Shown here one piece after another: positions 17,196 through 26,379 of a stretch of 63,323 bases of DNA. The position numbers and the translations under genes were made by a program. The DNA is from a virus. Its lineage: Duplodnaviria; Heunggongvirae; Uroviricota; Caudoviricetes. A model generated the notes under the pieces. The model was not told the DNA's origin. It did not search any database and worked only from the letters and a program-made list of their open reading frames with translations. The stretch covers positions 64,001 to 127,323 of IMG/VR virus record IMGVR_UViG_3300003973_000001; one strand, written 5' to 3'. How positions within the stretch are numbered: position 1 is the stretch's first letter; the number at the start of each line of letters is the position of its first letter.

Positions 17196-18389
17196 ATGAC
17201 TAAAATTATAATTTCAGACAAACTAAGACAGGAATTGGATGGACTGTTCGATGCTATAAATCACCCTATGTTAAAGGAATCTAGAAATCATTTTGAAACT
17301 AAACTATCTAAAAGTGTTGATTCTAATAAAGTTAAGTCTATCTTAGATAAGGAAGAAACTATTGATATTCTAGATAAAGATGAGGCAATTGCTTTCTTTG
17401 AAAGTCTAAGAATCCATTTTAAAAAGAATGAGTTTAGTTCAGATAATATTAAATTTGCTGAAGATGCTTCAGATACTAAAAAAGGTTTATATAATGAAGA
17501 TTTTAAAGAAGAATATTTAAGCAAGTATAAGGATAACACAAGAAGAGTTAAAAGAATTATTTTTGAAAAATCTAGAACTTTAGAATTAACTTATGGTAAA
17601 GATTTATATGATTTCAACTTTGAACAATTAGAAGAAGTTTTACGCAGTCTTAAAGCTAGTACTGTTAGGAGTTTACAAAATAGCGTAGCTACTATCGCTC
17701 AATATACTAAGTTTGCTATAAAGAATAAAAAGAAAAGCGACAAGATTAATTATATCGATGGATTCACTAAAGATAAGATTGAAGAATACTTAGATAAAGA
17801 ACGAGAAGAGAATATGATTTTCCCTAAACAGGAGATTATGAATATTGCAAATGAGGCAGAGAATCCTCAAGATGGAGTTATCCTAGCATTAATCTTTGAT
17901 GGAGTTAGCAATAAGAATGAGTTTGAAGAATTAATCAATCTATCTGAAGATGATATTGATTTTGATGATAAAGTAATCAAACTTGAAGATAGGGAAGTTC
18001 CTATGAGCGAAGATACTTACACTTTAGTAAAAGGTGCTATCAACGAGCCTAAGTATAGCAGTACTTCTGGAGATGTATCTCGTGAATATAAATTAGCTGA
18101 GAGCGAGTTTGTTCTTCGTGGATTAAGAAATAATAAACAAATCAAATGGCAGAACATTAGTCAACGTATTATCCGCCTTTCTGAGCAGTCTGGTTGGGAG
18201 AAAACTCTAACAGCGACAAATGTTGCTTATAGTGGTCAGCTTTATATGGCAGAGCAATTAATCAGTCAAGGAATGGATGTCGAACAAGCAATTGGAGTAA
18301 TAATTAAAAGATTTGGAATAAATGACAATCCTTCAGCTCAATTTTACTTAAGAGAAAGAATTGAAAAGTATCTTAAAATGAATAAATAA
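17196..18389 (+). CDS. mrpR: MrpR/YopR-family lytic-cycle repressor (catalytically degenerate tyrosine-recombinase fold) with N-terminal extension
   Basis: YLSKY..NTRRV..IIFEKS..LE..YGKDLYDFNFEQLEEVL..L; ILALIFDGV lacking catalytic R; TATNVAYSG lacking HxxR. Confidence 0.7.
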   Translation: MTKIIISDKLRQELDGLFDAINHPMLKESRNHFETKLSKSVDSNKVKSILDKEETIDILDKDEAIAFFESLRIHFKKNEFSSDNIKFAEDASDTKKGLYNEDFKEEYLSKYKDNTRRVKRIIFEKSRTLELTYGKDLYDFNFEQLEEVLRSLKASTVRSLQNSVATIAQYTKFAIKNKKKSDKINYIDGFTKDKIEEYLDKEREENMIFPKQEIMNIANEAENPQDGVILALIFDGVSNKNEFEELINLSEDDIDFDDKVIKLEDREVPMSEDTYTLVKGAINEPKYSSTSGDVSREYKLAESEFVLRGLRNNKQIKWQNISQRIIRLSEQSGWEKTLTATNVAYSGQLYMAEQLISQGMDVEQAIGVIIKRFGINDNPSAQFYLRERIEKYLKMNK

Positions 18390-18561
18390 TCTTATATAAA
18401 GTATCCATATTTAAAAATAATCTAATTCATATAAAAAATAGTCGTAATATAAAATAAAACATATATATAATAGAAGATATTGATTTTAATTAAAATATAA
18501 TATAAGGATATATCTAAAACAGAATGTAATTTTTAACAATTGACTTTTTTAAGAAAAGGTA

Positions 18562-18591
18562 TTGCAAAGAATGTAACATTAATGTTATATT
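18562..18591 (+). promoter_or_regulatory. sigmaA promoter with motif A at -35 and palindrome TAACATTAATGTTA in the spacer
   Basis: TTGCAA-18-TATATT with extended TG. Confidence 0.65.
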
Positions 18592-18624
18592 CAATACCTG
18601 CTACACATCTTCATTCCAATAAAA

Positions 18625-18788
18625 TGCAAAGAGGTTAAGCTATATCAAACTTTTATCTATAATGAGAATTTTCTACAATCAGCTTGAACGCCAATATATA
18701 TATACGAGGCGAACTTCAAGCTGATTGAAAAATGAATTCTAAAGAGAAAGTATTACAAAATTCCATAAAGGTTCACAATCTCTTTGCA
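18625..18788 (+). ncRNA. Candidate rod-like structured RNA or leader
   Basis: 13-bp perfect stem 18676-18688/18715-18727; outer stem 18625-18636/18777-18788. Confidence 0.5.
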
Positions 18789-18864
18789 ATAACTTCACAT
18801 TTACTATCCAAGGTAAATAAAATGGAAACCAAACAACTTCACACATTCTAGGAGGAATAGAAAA

Positions 18865-19350
18865 ATGCGACTATGTCATACAGCCATTACAATTAAAAGC
18901 CTGTCAACGATGAAGGGATTTAACGAGCTTACTCAAGGAGAGGAGCGCATTGAAGGCATGTTGCTACATAACTGCCTAGAGCTTCGAGGTCAGAGCGTTG
19001 GTTTCACAAAAACAAGAATAGACGTTGTTACTAACGAGTTTAGTAGAAACACTTTAGAAGAGTTTGTGAATATGTCTATTACTAACAGCCACTTAAACAG
19101 CTTCATGTTAACAATTATGCGAGCGCAAGCGGAAAGAATCCTACGCTATTGCGTACCCATAAACTACGTCACTGATTTTGCTGAAGCTTCGAAAAAAGCT
19201 GTCGATGAATTTGGATTCGATAGAACGTGCGATGGTATCGAAAAATACTTCACATGCGGAACGGTAGAAGCAGTAAAGAGTACATACAAGCATGCACTAA
19301 AATATTTGGAAGAAGGAGTGACTCCTGTTGAATCAAGAACGATTAATTAA
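18865..19350 (+). CDS. Hypothetical protein
   Basis: GGAGG RBS. Confidence 0.7.
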   Translation: MRLCHTAITIKSLSTMKGFNELTQGEERIEGMLLHNCLELRGQSVGFTKTRIDVVTNEFSRNTLEEFVNMSITNSHLNSFMLTIMRAQAERILRYCVPINYVTDFAEASKKAVDEFGFDRTCDGIEKYFTCGTVEAVKSTYKHALKYLEEGVTPVESRTIN

Positions 19351-19600
19351 TGGTGAAGACATCAAGAAGCTTGATGAACTTCAAGAGCTAATCGAGGAGA
19401 GCGAGCTTAAAATTCAAGAAGTAATCTCACTCAAGATGCTAGAGGTCAGAAGACCAGATGAGGCTAATGCTCTGTTGGAAAACCTTGACAAGATGATTGA
19501 AATTACTAAATCAATTGAAAGTCTCGACATCAAGACAATGGCAGAGGATTACATTAAAATTTACAACAATAAGTTTCATGAAAAAATGAAACAAATATAA
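19328..19600 (+). CDS. Hypothetical helical protein
   Basis: Coupled TTG-start ORF. Confidence 0.6.
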   Translation: MNQERLINGEDIKKLDELQELIEESELKIQEVISLKMLEVRRPDEANALLENLDKMIEITKSIESLDIKTMAEDYIKIYNNKFHEKMKQI

Positions 19601-19603
19601 AAT

Positions 19604-20968
19604 ATGGAGGCAATGACTATGTTGGAAGTAGCAAGTATTTTAAAAGACATTGGAGCAACAACGAAGAAGAAGGAAAAGGAAGCGATTCTCTCTCGAAATA
19701 GAGGGAATCAGCTTTTACGAGATGTATTACAATTCATATACAATCCTTATATCAAGACGAATATCGCGCAGAAAAAGCTTTCTAAGAAGATAGCGGTGAA
19801 AGAAGATTCTATCATCATGTATTCTTCAAATATCAACGTGTATGAGTTTATGAAGCGACTTGAAGAGGGTAGCGGTAGAGATGAGGATATTTTATTTGCT
19901 CAACATGTAATAGAGAATAGCTTGGAAGAAGTTAAGTGGCTATTAACAGCTATGGCAATTAAAAATCTGAAGATTGGCATAACTGGAGTTACAATTAACA
20001 AAGCATTTGAAGAAAACTTTATTCCTCAATTCGATATTATGCTTGCTGATAAGTGGGTAGATGAGAAGCGTACAACAGATAAGCAAACTGGTGAAAAAAT
20101 TGTAAAGGTCATTGAAAACTGGAGACAGTATATAGGGAAACGGATTATCGCAACGAAGAAGCTTGATGGTAATAGATGTACCGTTTTCACTAGAGAAGAG
20201 GGAGTAAAAATTTATTCTCGTGAAGGTCATCCTATGGTTGGATTTATTGAGATAGAAAAAGCTTTTGAACAGTTCCCAGTTGAACAAGTATATGATGGTG
20301 AATTATTGGCGACAAATGAAGAGGGACTCAATTCACAAGACTTGTTCAAGAAAACATCTAAGATTGTCAAGAAGAAGGGTGACAAGGTTGGTCTTGAGTT
20401 CCATGCATTCGATGTATTGCCGATTGAAAAGTTTAATGAAGGTGGATTTAGTATTGAATGTGAAAAGCGTAAAGCTGTTTTAAAATCTCTGATTGAAAAA
20501 GAAAACCATCCTCTAGTTGAATACGTAGAGCCATTATATATTGGAAAATTCGACAAGGAGCTAATTGATAAACTTGCGGATGAGGCAAAGAATAACGGTG
20601 AAGAAGGTATTATGGTTCAGCTTGCAGATGCTCCGTATCAGTGCAAACGTACCAAGGATATTCTGAAGGTTAAAGCATTCCATTCGGCAGATATCAAATG
20701 TATCGGTATGTATGAAGGTAAGGAAGAAAGCACGAAAAATAAACTTGGTGGACTTGTGCTTGAGTTTAAAGGATATCCAGTAAATGTTGGCGGTGGATAC
20801 TCAGAACCAGAGCGAGAAAAATATTGGAAAAATCCAGATTTAGTGTTAGGCAAAATTATCGAAATTAAGTATTTTGAAGAGTTTGAAGATGAAGATGGAA
20901 GCCTAGACTTACGATTTGCTACATTCAAAACTGTACGAGAAGACAAGACAGAGCCTAGCTATTATTGA
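19604..20968 (+). CDS. lig: ATP-dependent DNA ligase
   Basis: KKLDGNR (KxDG), YDGEL, EEGIMV, KRTKDILKVK, C-terminal OB fold. Confidence 0.95.
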   Translation: MEAMTMLEVASILKDIGATTKKKEKEAILSRNRGNQLLRDVLQFIYNPYIKTNIAQKKLSKKIAVKEDSIIMYSSNINVYEFMKRLEEGSGRDEDILFAQHVIENSLEEVKWLLTAMAIKNLKIGITGVTINKAFEENFIPQFDIMLADKWVDEKRTTDKQTGEKIVKVIENWRQYIGKRIIATKKLDGNRCTVFTREEGVKIYSREGHPMVGFIEIEKAFEQFPVEQVYDGELLATNEEGLNSQDLFKKTSKIVKKKGDKVGLEFHAFDVLPIEKFNEGGFSIECEKRKAVLKSLIEKENHPLVEYVEPLYIGKFDKELIDKLADEAKNNGEEGIMVQLADAPYQCKRTKDILKVKAFHSADIKCIGMYEGKEESTKNKLGGLVLEFKGYPVNVGGGYSEPEREKYWKNPDLVLGKIIEIKYFEEFEDEDGSLDLRFATFKTVREDKTEPSYY

Positions 20969-21079
20969 GAATAGAGGGAAGATATTTCCTGTCTCAATTT
21001 GTAACATTAATGTAATACAAAAGTTTTGCAGAGTGTGATACAATTCAATGGTAGCAAAAAATCGAAGGGATTTGGTATT

Positions 21080-21841
21080 ATGGTAAAAAATTCATCATCA
21101 AAGAGAGGTGTTAGTGGCAGGCGTATTGCGCTTGTGGGTACTTTATCAGCATTAGTTATGGCGAGCAGTGGAATGTGGTACAACAGTGAAGTAGATTACG
21201 ATAAGCTAGAAAATAGTTACAGCGTAACAAAAGCTCAGTTGCTAAAGCAAGAAGATAAAGTTTCTCAACAGGAGAAGGAGATAGAAAATCTTAACTCAAA
21301 TTTTAAAGCAGTAACTAAGGAAAAAGATTTAATCGATAGTGAAAATGAAAACTTGATGCATGAAAAGGATTCTCTAGCACAAGAAAGAGATGCTTTGATT
21401 CAAGAGAAACAAAATCTTGAGGCAGAGCTTCAATCAGAGCGAGAAAAAAAATCAGCAAAAAAGACTGAAGAGTATCCAGAGGCTAAAGAACCAGAAGTAC
21501 AAAACGCGCCACAGGCAAAGAAAGATAGTGGTGGCAATGGGTATCAAGGTTGGAATAAATTAAATGTAGAAGCAACTGGATACTCGAATGTAGATGATGA
21601 ACTTGGTGGTGGAGATTTAACTGCCATTGGAACAGGTGTTAGATGGGGAGTAATTGCGGTAGACCCAAACGTTATTCCTCTAGGCTCTACGGTTTACATA
21701 CCTGCATTTGGTCAAACGTTTATAGCTGAAGATACTGGTGGCATGATTAAAGGTAATCGAATCGATGTATTCTTTAATCATGGAGACCAAGCTAGAACGT
21801 GGGGAAGAAAAAATATCGAAGTATATGTACAGCCGAAATAA
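21080..21841 (+). CDS. 3D-domain (MltA-like) cell-wall protein with TM anchor and coiled coil
   Basis: ATGYS, IAVDPNVIPLGS, AEDTGGMIKGNRIDVF. Confidence 0.9.
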   Translation: MVKNSSSKRGVSGRRIALVGTLSALVMASSGMWYNSEVDYDKLENSYSVTKAQLLKQEDKVSQQEKEIENLNSNFKAVTKEKDLIDSENENLMHEKDSLAQERDALIQEKQNLEAELQSEREKKSAKKTEEYPEAKEPEVQNAPQAKKDSGGNGYQGWNKLNVEATGYSNVDDELGGGDLTAIGTGVRWGVIAVDPNVIPLGSTVYIPAFGQTFIAEDTGGMIKGNRIDVFFNHGDQARTWGRKNIEVYVQPK

Positions 21842-21940
21842 TTTTTTATAACTTTGCCTTAAGCAAAAGATTTGCAATGAAAGGGGAGATAAATCCATGG
21901 CTCTGTAAGAGGGGCGAAAAAATTTTTTGGAGGAAATGTT

Positions 21941-22465
21941 ATGAAACTTATGATTTGCAATTATATCGCAGGAGCAGGAAAGAGTACGGTTGCCGATTAT
22001 CTGGAGCAGAAGCATGGATTTAAGCAATATGCTCTTTCAGATGGAGTATATAAGGTTGCTGAAGACGTATTCGGTATGGATGTAAAGAATAGACCATTAT
22101 TACAGGATATCGGAGAATTGATGAAGCAAATTGACCCTGCGGTATGGATTAAAGAAACTCTTCGTAGAATCGAAAAGGATGGTCACAAAAAGGTTCTTAT
22201 CACAGACGTTAGATTCCTTTTAGAGTACTCATATTTGAAGTACAAGGGCTTTGACGAGTTCATGTTGTATTGTGAGCCAGAAGTGGCTATAAAACGCCTT
22301 GAGGAGAGAGATGGAGAGGCTCATGCAGATAATGTCGTAAACAACATGATTGAAAATCAATTGCGTCCATTAAAAGATAGTATGAAACTTATCGATGGCA
22401 CACAAGACTTTGAAGATGTGAAAAAAGAACTAGACGCGTATATACGCGTATTAGGAAGGAAGTAA
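21941..22465 (+). CDS. Deoxynucleoside monophosphate kinase-like P-loop protein
   Basis: IAGAGKST, RPLLQDIG, ITDVRF. Confidence 0.75.
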   Translation: MKLMICNYIAGAGKSTVADYLEQKHGFKQYALSDGVYKVAEDVFGMDVKNRPLLQDIGELMKQIDPAVWIKETLRRIEKDGHKKVLITDVRFLLEYSYLKYKGFDEFMLYCEPEVAIKRLEERDGEAHADNVVNNMIENQLRPLKDSMKLIDGTQDFEDVKKELDAYIRVLGRK

Positions 22466-22467
22466 CT

Positions 22468-22581
22468 ATGAAAAAGATGACTAAAATTTTCATAGCAGGA
22501 TGTTTTGGTATTTTAATGACGAATCTAGTTTTCTGGGGAGTAATTATCTGGGTAATTAGTATGATGGTGGGGGCGCTCTGA
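22468..22581 (+). CDS. 37-aa hydrophobic microprotein
   Basis: MKKMTKIFIAGCFGILMTNLVFWGVIIWVISMMVGAL; RBS AGGAAGG. Confidence 0.6.
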   Translation: MKKMTKIFIAGCFGILMTNLVFWGVIIWVISMMVGAL

Positions 22582-22685
22582 TGACTACATTAGACTTCTT
22601 AGCGAACATTGTATTGGCATTCTGTCTAAAAGGAGCATATAAATTGGCTGTAAGGATGGCAGAATACTTTGATAAAAAGAGTTAA
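22581..22685 (+). CDS. 34-aa microprotein
   Basis: TGATG coupling; MTTLDFLANIVLAFCLKGAYKLAVRMAEYFDKKS. Confidence 0.55.
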   Translation: MTTLDFLANIVLAFCLKGAYKLAVRMAEYFDKKS

Positions 22686-22697
22686 GGAGGATTCTTT

Positions 22698-22796
22698 ATG
22701 AAGGAATTCGTACTTGGAGTAACTGCATGCGCTATAGGATTTTGTTTATATGATTTATTTGAATATAGCGTGAAAAAATTTTTTAAAAAATATTAA
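22698..22796 (+). CDS. 32-aa hydrophobic microprotein
   Basis: AAGGAGG RBS; MKEFVLGVTACAIGFCLYDLFEYSVKKFFKKY. Confidence 0.6.
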   Translation: MKEFVLGVTACAIGFCLYDLFEYSVKKFFKKY

Positions 22797-22812
22797 GCAA
22801 AGGTATTGCAAA

Positions 22813-22863
22813 AGAACAAATGTTCTGGTAAGATGGAAACATCAACCAACGAACAAGCGTTCG
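22813..22863. promoter_or_regulatory. Two LexA (DinR/Cheo) boxes in a motif-A promoter
   Basis: AGAACAAATGTTCT 22813-22826 between TTGCAA and TAAGAT; CGAACAAGCGTTCG 22850-22863. Confidence 0.85.
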
Positions 22864-22881
22864 CAAAAGGAGAACATACCA

Positions 22882-23127
22882 ATGCTAATTAAAAAACACT
22901 TAAATAAACAAGCAACTTACTTTACTAAATCACTATTATTCTACCGCGAGAAAAAGTTAGCTTTAGCAATAGGATTTTCTTGGTCGGTAAACGGTGCGAA
23001 ATGGCACGATGAAAATAAAGTGGCTCACACATTTGGATTATTTAAACAAGTAGCTCCATCGACAATTATGAGAGCGTTAGTACTTGGCAGATTACGATTA
23101 AACTTTGTAACAGCAAATAAAAACTAA
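22882..23127 (+). CDS. Hypothetical protein, predicted SOS-inducible
   Basis: AAGGAG RBS; directly downstream of LexA boxes. Confidence 0.7.
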   Translation: MLIKKHLNKQATYFTKSLLFYREKKLALAIGFSWSVNGAKWHDENKVAHTFGLFKQVAPSTIMRALVLGRLRLNFVTANKN

Positions 23128-23147
23128 AAAACTTGGAGGAAACAATT

Positions 23148-23501
23148 ATGACAACAGCAATTATTATTTTAGTAGAAGAAGAGAAAGTAGCAGTACCTAC
23201 AACACGAGTTTACCCAATGGAAGATATGTTTGTAAGCGATGATAGAGAGCTTATCCGAGATGCTAAAATGGTATCTCTAATGTCTGAACTTAAGGATTCT
23301 CCGCGCGTGGATTACATTAGAAAACAATTTCATAATGCAGTTCGAAGAAGCCTTGGAATTAATAATGTAATAGCTGTAGCGCCTCATAAAGATGGAACAA
23401 CAGTAGATATTGTAGTCTTTGATGTAGAAGCCACTGTAGACAATCAATTTACTACTGGATGGGATGCAGAAAAGCAACTACCATACATTGAATTAAACTA
23501 A
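23148..23501 (+). CDS. Hypothetical protein
   Basis: GGAGG RBS. Confidence 0.7.
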   Translation: MTTAIIILVEEEKVAVPTTRVYPMEDMFVSDDRELIRDAKMVSLMSELKDSPRVDYIRKQFHNAVRRSLGINNVIAVAPHKDGTTVDIVVFDVEATVDNQFTTGWDAEKQLPYIELN

Positions 23502-23611
23502 TAAAAGATGAGTTTTATTATGAAAGGGGAGATGATACATGACGAAAGGCGAAGTGTTATAAGTAGAGAAAATATCTAAACAAACGTTTGATTAACTGGG
23601 AGGAAATTATA

Positions 23612-24442
23612 ATGTTAGCAAAGCAAACTACTGAATATATGGAGCAAATGAATAGGAATATCGATGATAAATTACGCATCATGGACTGGATTACTGGAGA
23701 CCGAGTCTTAGATGCAGGATGTGGTGGAGGAGAGTTTTTGCTTCGCTTACATCAAAGCGGATATGATGCATACGGATTAGATTTCTCACTACTATCGTTC
23801 AAGGAGCTACATAAGAAAGGCTTAAACAAATGGTTTATCCATGGAGATATCTTGAACATGAAAACGTATCTAGAAGGTATGAACATTGATACAATCGTAT
23901 TCTCATCAGTATTGCATGAAGTATATTCATATAATGGATTTGATATTACAAAGGTATCTGAAACTCTAAAGAATGCCTATGATGCATTGCCAGTAGGTGG
24001 TAGAATTATCATTCGTGACGGTATCAAGATGAGGGATGGACATAAGAAAGTTCTTGTCAGATTCAAAGATGTCAATGATGTACTATTCCTTACAGAGTAC
24101 TGCAAGAGATTTAAAGGCAGAAAAGTAACCTTTGAACCAGTAGACAAACTTACTTACAAGATGAAATTAGATGATGCTATGGAATTCCTATACACTTACA
24201 CATGGGGATGGGAATCATTTGATAGAGAAGTACAAGAACAATTCGGCATCGCAACACCTAATGACTATGTAAATCTTGTCAAATTTAATCTACCTAAAGC
24301 AAAAGTATTGCACAAAGAAAGCTATCTTCAGCATGGATATGTAGACCACTTAACAAATAAAGCTTGGGTTCTACATGAAGATAAGAGTCTTGCAAAATAT
24401 CCAGATTCAACATTCTTAATGGTCATTGAAAAAGGAGAGTAA
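23612..24442 (+). CDS. Class I SAM-dependent methyltransferase
   Basis: VLDAGCGGG, FSSVLHE, GGRIIIRD. Confidence 0.85.
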   Translation: MLAKQTTEYMEQMNRNIDDKLRIMDWITGDRVLDAGCGGGEFLLRLHQSGYDAYGLDFSLLSFKELHKKGLNKWFIHGDILNMKTYLEGMNIDTIVFSSVLHEVYSYNGFDITKVSETLKNAYDALPVGGRIIIRDGIKMRDGHKKVLVRFKDVNDVLFLTEYCKRFKGRKVTFEPVDKLTYKMKLDDAMEFLYTYTWGWESFDREVQEQFGIATPNDYVNLVKFNLPKAKVLHKESYLQHGYVDHLTNKAWVLHEDKSLAKYPDSTFLMVIEKGE

Positions 24443-24488
24443 CACTCTCTTAAATATAAAAAACAAACACAAGAGGAGATTTTAAATC

Positions 24489-25145
24489 ATGACAACAGAA
24501 ATTTTAATGGCATTACTTTCAATCATTCTAATCGACATCGTATTGAGCGGTGACAACGCAGTAGTTATTGCACTAGCCTGTCGTAACCTACCAGAGAAAA
24601 TGCGTAAGAAGGCAGTAATTATCGGATGTGCAGGAGCAATTGGATTGCGAATCGCACTTACATTCCTAGCAGTTTACTTACTGGAAATTCCTTATGTTCA
24701 ATTCATTGGCGGTCTAATGTTATTGTGGATTGCAGTTAAGCTTCTGAAAGGCGAAGAAGAGAGTCAACTTGAGGGTGGCAATACAATCTTATCAGCAATT
24801 AAAACAATCATCGTAGCAGACTTCGTGATGAGCTTAGACAATGTTGTAGCAGTAGCAGGAGTAGCAAATGGTCATACAGGACTATTAGTAATTGGATTAT
24901 TAGTAAGCATCCCATTAATCATCTGGGGTAGCCAAATCTTAATTAAACTTATGGAACGATTCCCAATCATTGTAGCATTTGGTTCAGCTCTATTAGGATA
25001 CACAGCAGGAACAATGATGATGCACGATAAGGTTATTGGTGGATGGATTACTGAAAACTTTGCAAACACACAATTCTTACCAATATTAATGGCAGTAGCA
25101 GTAGTTGTAATTGGAAAGTTAGAAAACAAGCGCTCTTCTAAATAA
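24489..25145 (+). CDS. terC: TerC/YjbE-family membrane protein
   Basis: IDIVLSGDNAVVIALA, ADFVMSLDNVVAVAG. Confidence 0.9.
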   Translation: MTTEILMALLSIILIDIVLSGDNAVVIALACRNLPEKMRKKAVIIGCAGAIGLRIALTFLAVYLLEIPYVQFIGGLMLLWIAVKLLKGEEESQLEGGNTILSAIKTIIVADFVMSLDNVVAVAGVANGHTGLLVIGLLVSIPLIIWGSQILIKLMERFPIIVAFGSALLGYTAGTMMMHDKVIGGWITENFANTQFLPILMAVAVVVIGKLENKRSSK

Positions 25146-25349
25146 GAGCCTTGCGAACATTTAGGAGGAGTAGCAATGAGACGAGAGTATTATGGGTTCG
25201 TATTTGATGGAGTAGAACTAGATACGCCAATATTAAACTACCACTTTAAAAGAGTATCTGTAGACTGCTTCTTGTACTACAGAATTAATAAGGCTAGAAG
25301 AAAAATGGGATTCTTGAAATAACAAATTACATATCTAGGAGGATTAACC

Positions 25350-25559
25350 ATGTTAATTGCAGGATTTTTTCAAGCACATAATGAGATGAGAAAGGAGATG
25401 AATAGCCAATTCAAAGTCAAGGGGATTACTGGGATTAAAAAGAAGAGATTTATTTTCGGAAAGGCTCTAGGATACGCTCCAAACATCACGGATATGACTA
25501 TTAGCGAGATGGAGCAGGTTATTCATTATCTAAAAAATACACAATTAGGAGATTCTTAA
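25350..25559 (+). CDS. Hypothetical protein
   Basis: GGAGG RBS. Confidence 0.6.
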   Translation: MLIAGFFQAHNEMRKEMNSQFKVKGITGIKKKRFIFGKALGYAPNITDMTISEMEQVIHYLKNTQLGDS

Positions 25560-25560
25560 T

Positions 25561-25797
25561 ATGATGAAATGCACAGATGGAACTAGATTCAACGGAGTAC
25601 TAAAAGAAGGTCAAATCTGGGTAAAAGGCAGAACTGTCCGAGTTATAGTTCGATTCGATGAGGACGTTATGGTCTATAAGTCAAAGAAGGATTTTGAAAA
25701 TGGTACGGTTACAACGGTTCGTAGAGGTGTATTCCGTAGATGGTTGAAGAGTGGAGAAAAAGCGATGTTACAAGTGGGAGGTAGACAAATTGATTAA
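25561..25797 (+). CDS. Hypothetical protein
   Basis: Coupled ORF. Confidence 0.6.
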   Translation: MMKCTDGTRFNGVLKEGQIWVKGRTVRVIVRFDEDVMVYKSKKDFENGTVTTVRRGVFRRWLKSGEKAMLQVGGRQID

Positions 25798-26023
25798 ATC
25801 AATAGTAGTAGGGGATAAGATTAAACCAAATTGCAGTTCAAGTTACATGGAGATTTATAACATCTTTAAATATAAAGGGGTAAAGTATGTTGCTTATATA
25901 TGGCATAACAAAGATGGTAGTCAGTCAGTATCTATACCAAATTCCAATTATTTCTCAAGTCATGTTTCTGAGTTAGAAGACTACTTATCGACAATTGGAG
26001 AAGGAAGACATAGCAAGATTTAG
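25790..26023 (+). CDS. Hypothetical protein
   Basis: TTG after GGGAGG. Confidence 0.55.
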   Translation: MIKSIVVGDKIKPNCSSSYMEIYNIFKYKGVKYVAYIWHNKDGSQSVSIPNSNYFSSHVSELEDYLSTIGEGRHSKI

Positions 26024-26159
26024 AGTGAAAATTAATAGAATCCAGAAGAGAGGGAAGTCGTATGCAAGAAGCAAATGTAACAGAGGTTCTAATTGGAATA
26101 ATATGTTTTATAGCAGGAGTTATCGTTAGCAAGATTACGAAACAATAGGAGGAATAGTC

Positions 26160-26369
26160 ATGGCAAGAAAGATTAAGAAAGAAGTATTTCTAACAACGGA
26201 TGGTACACCAGTATATGTAGATGAGTTTAGCGTTAAGAGATTGATGCAGATGGTCACAAGAGCAGATATTGTCAATATGTCTACAAACGTAACTAAAGAG
26301 GGGGTATGGTTTACGTATTCAACTAACTACAGCCATGGCTCTATGTTCTTAAACAATCTAGGGAAGTAG
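26160..26369 (+). CDS. Hypothetical protein
   Basis: GGAGG RBS. Confidence 0.65.
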   Translation: MARKIKKEVFLTTDGTPVYVDEFSVKRLMQMVTRADIVNMSTNVTKEGVWFTYSTNYSHGSMFLNNLGK

Positions 26370-26379
26370 GAGGAGTACT

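Noticed and set aside
14200-19600. Arbitrium aimR/aimP locus
   Set aside because: No TPR-rich ~380-aa receptor or short signal-peptide pro-peptide is recognisable near the repressor module
23577-23590. TAAACAAACGTTTG as an SOS box before the methyltransferase
   Set aside because: Both half-sites deviate from GAAC/GTTC; too weak
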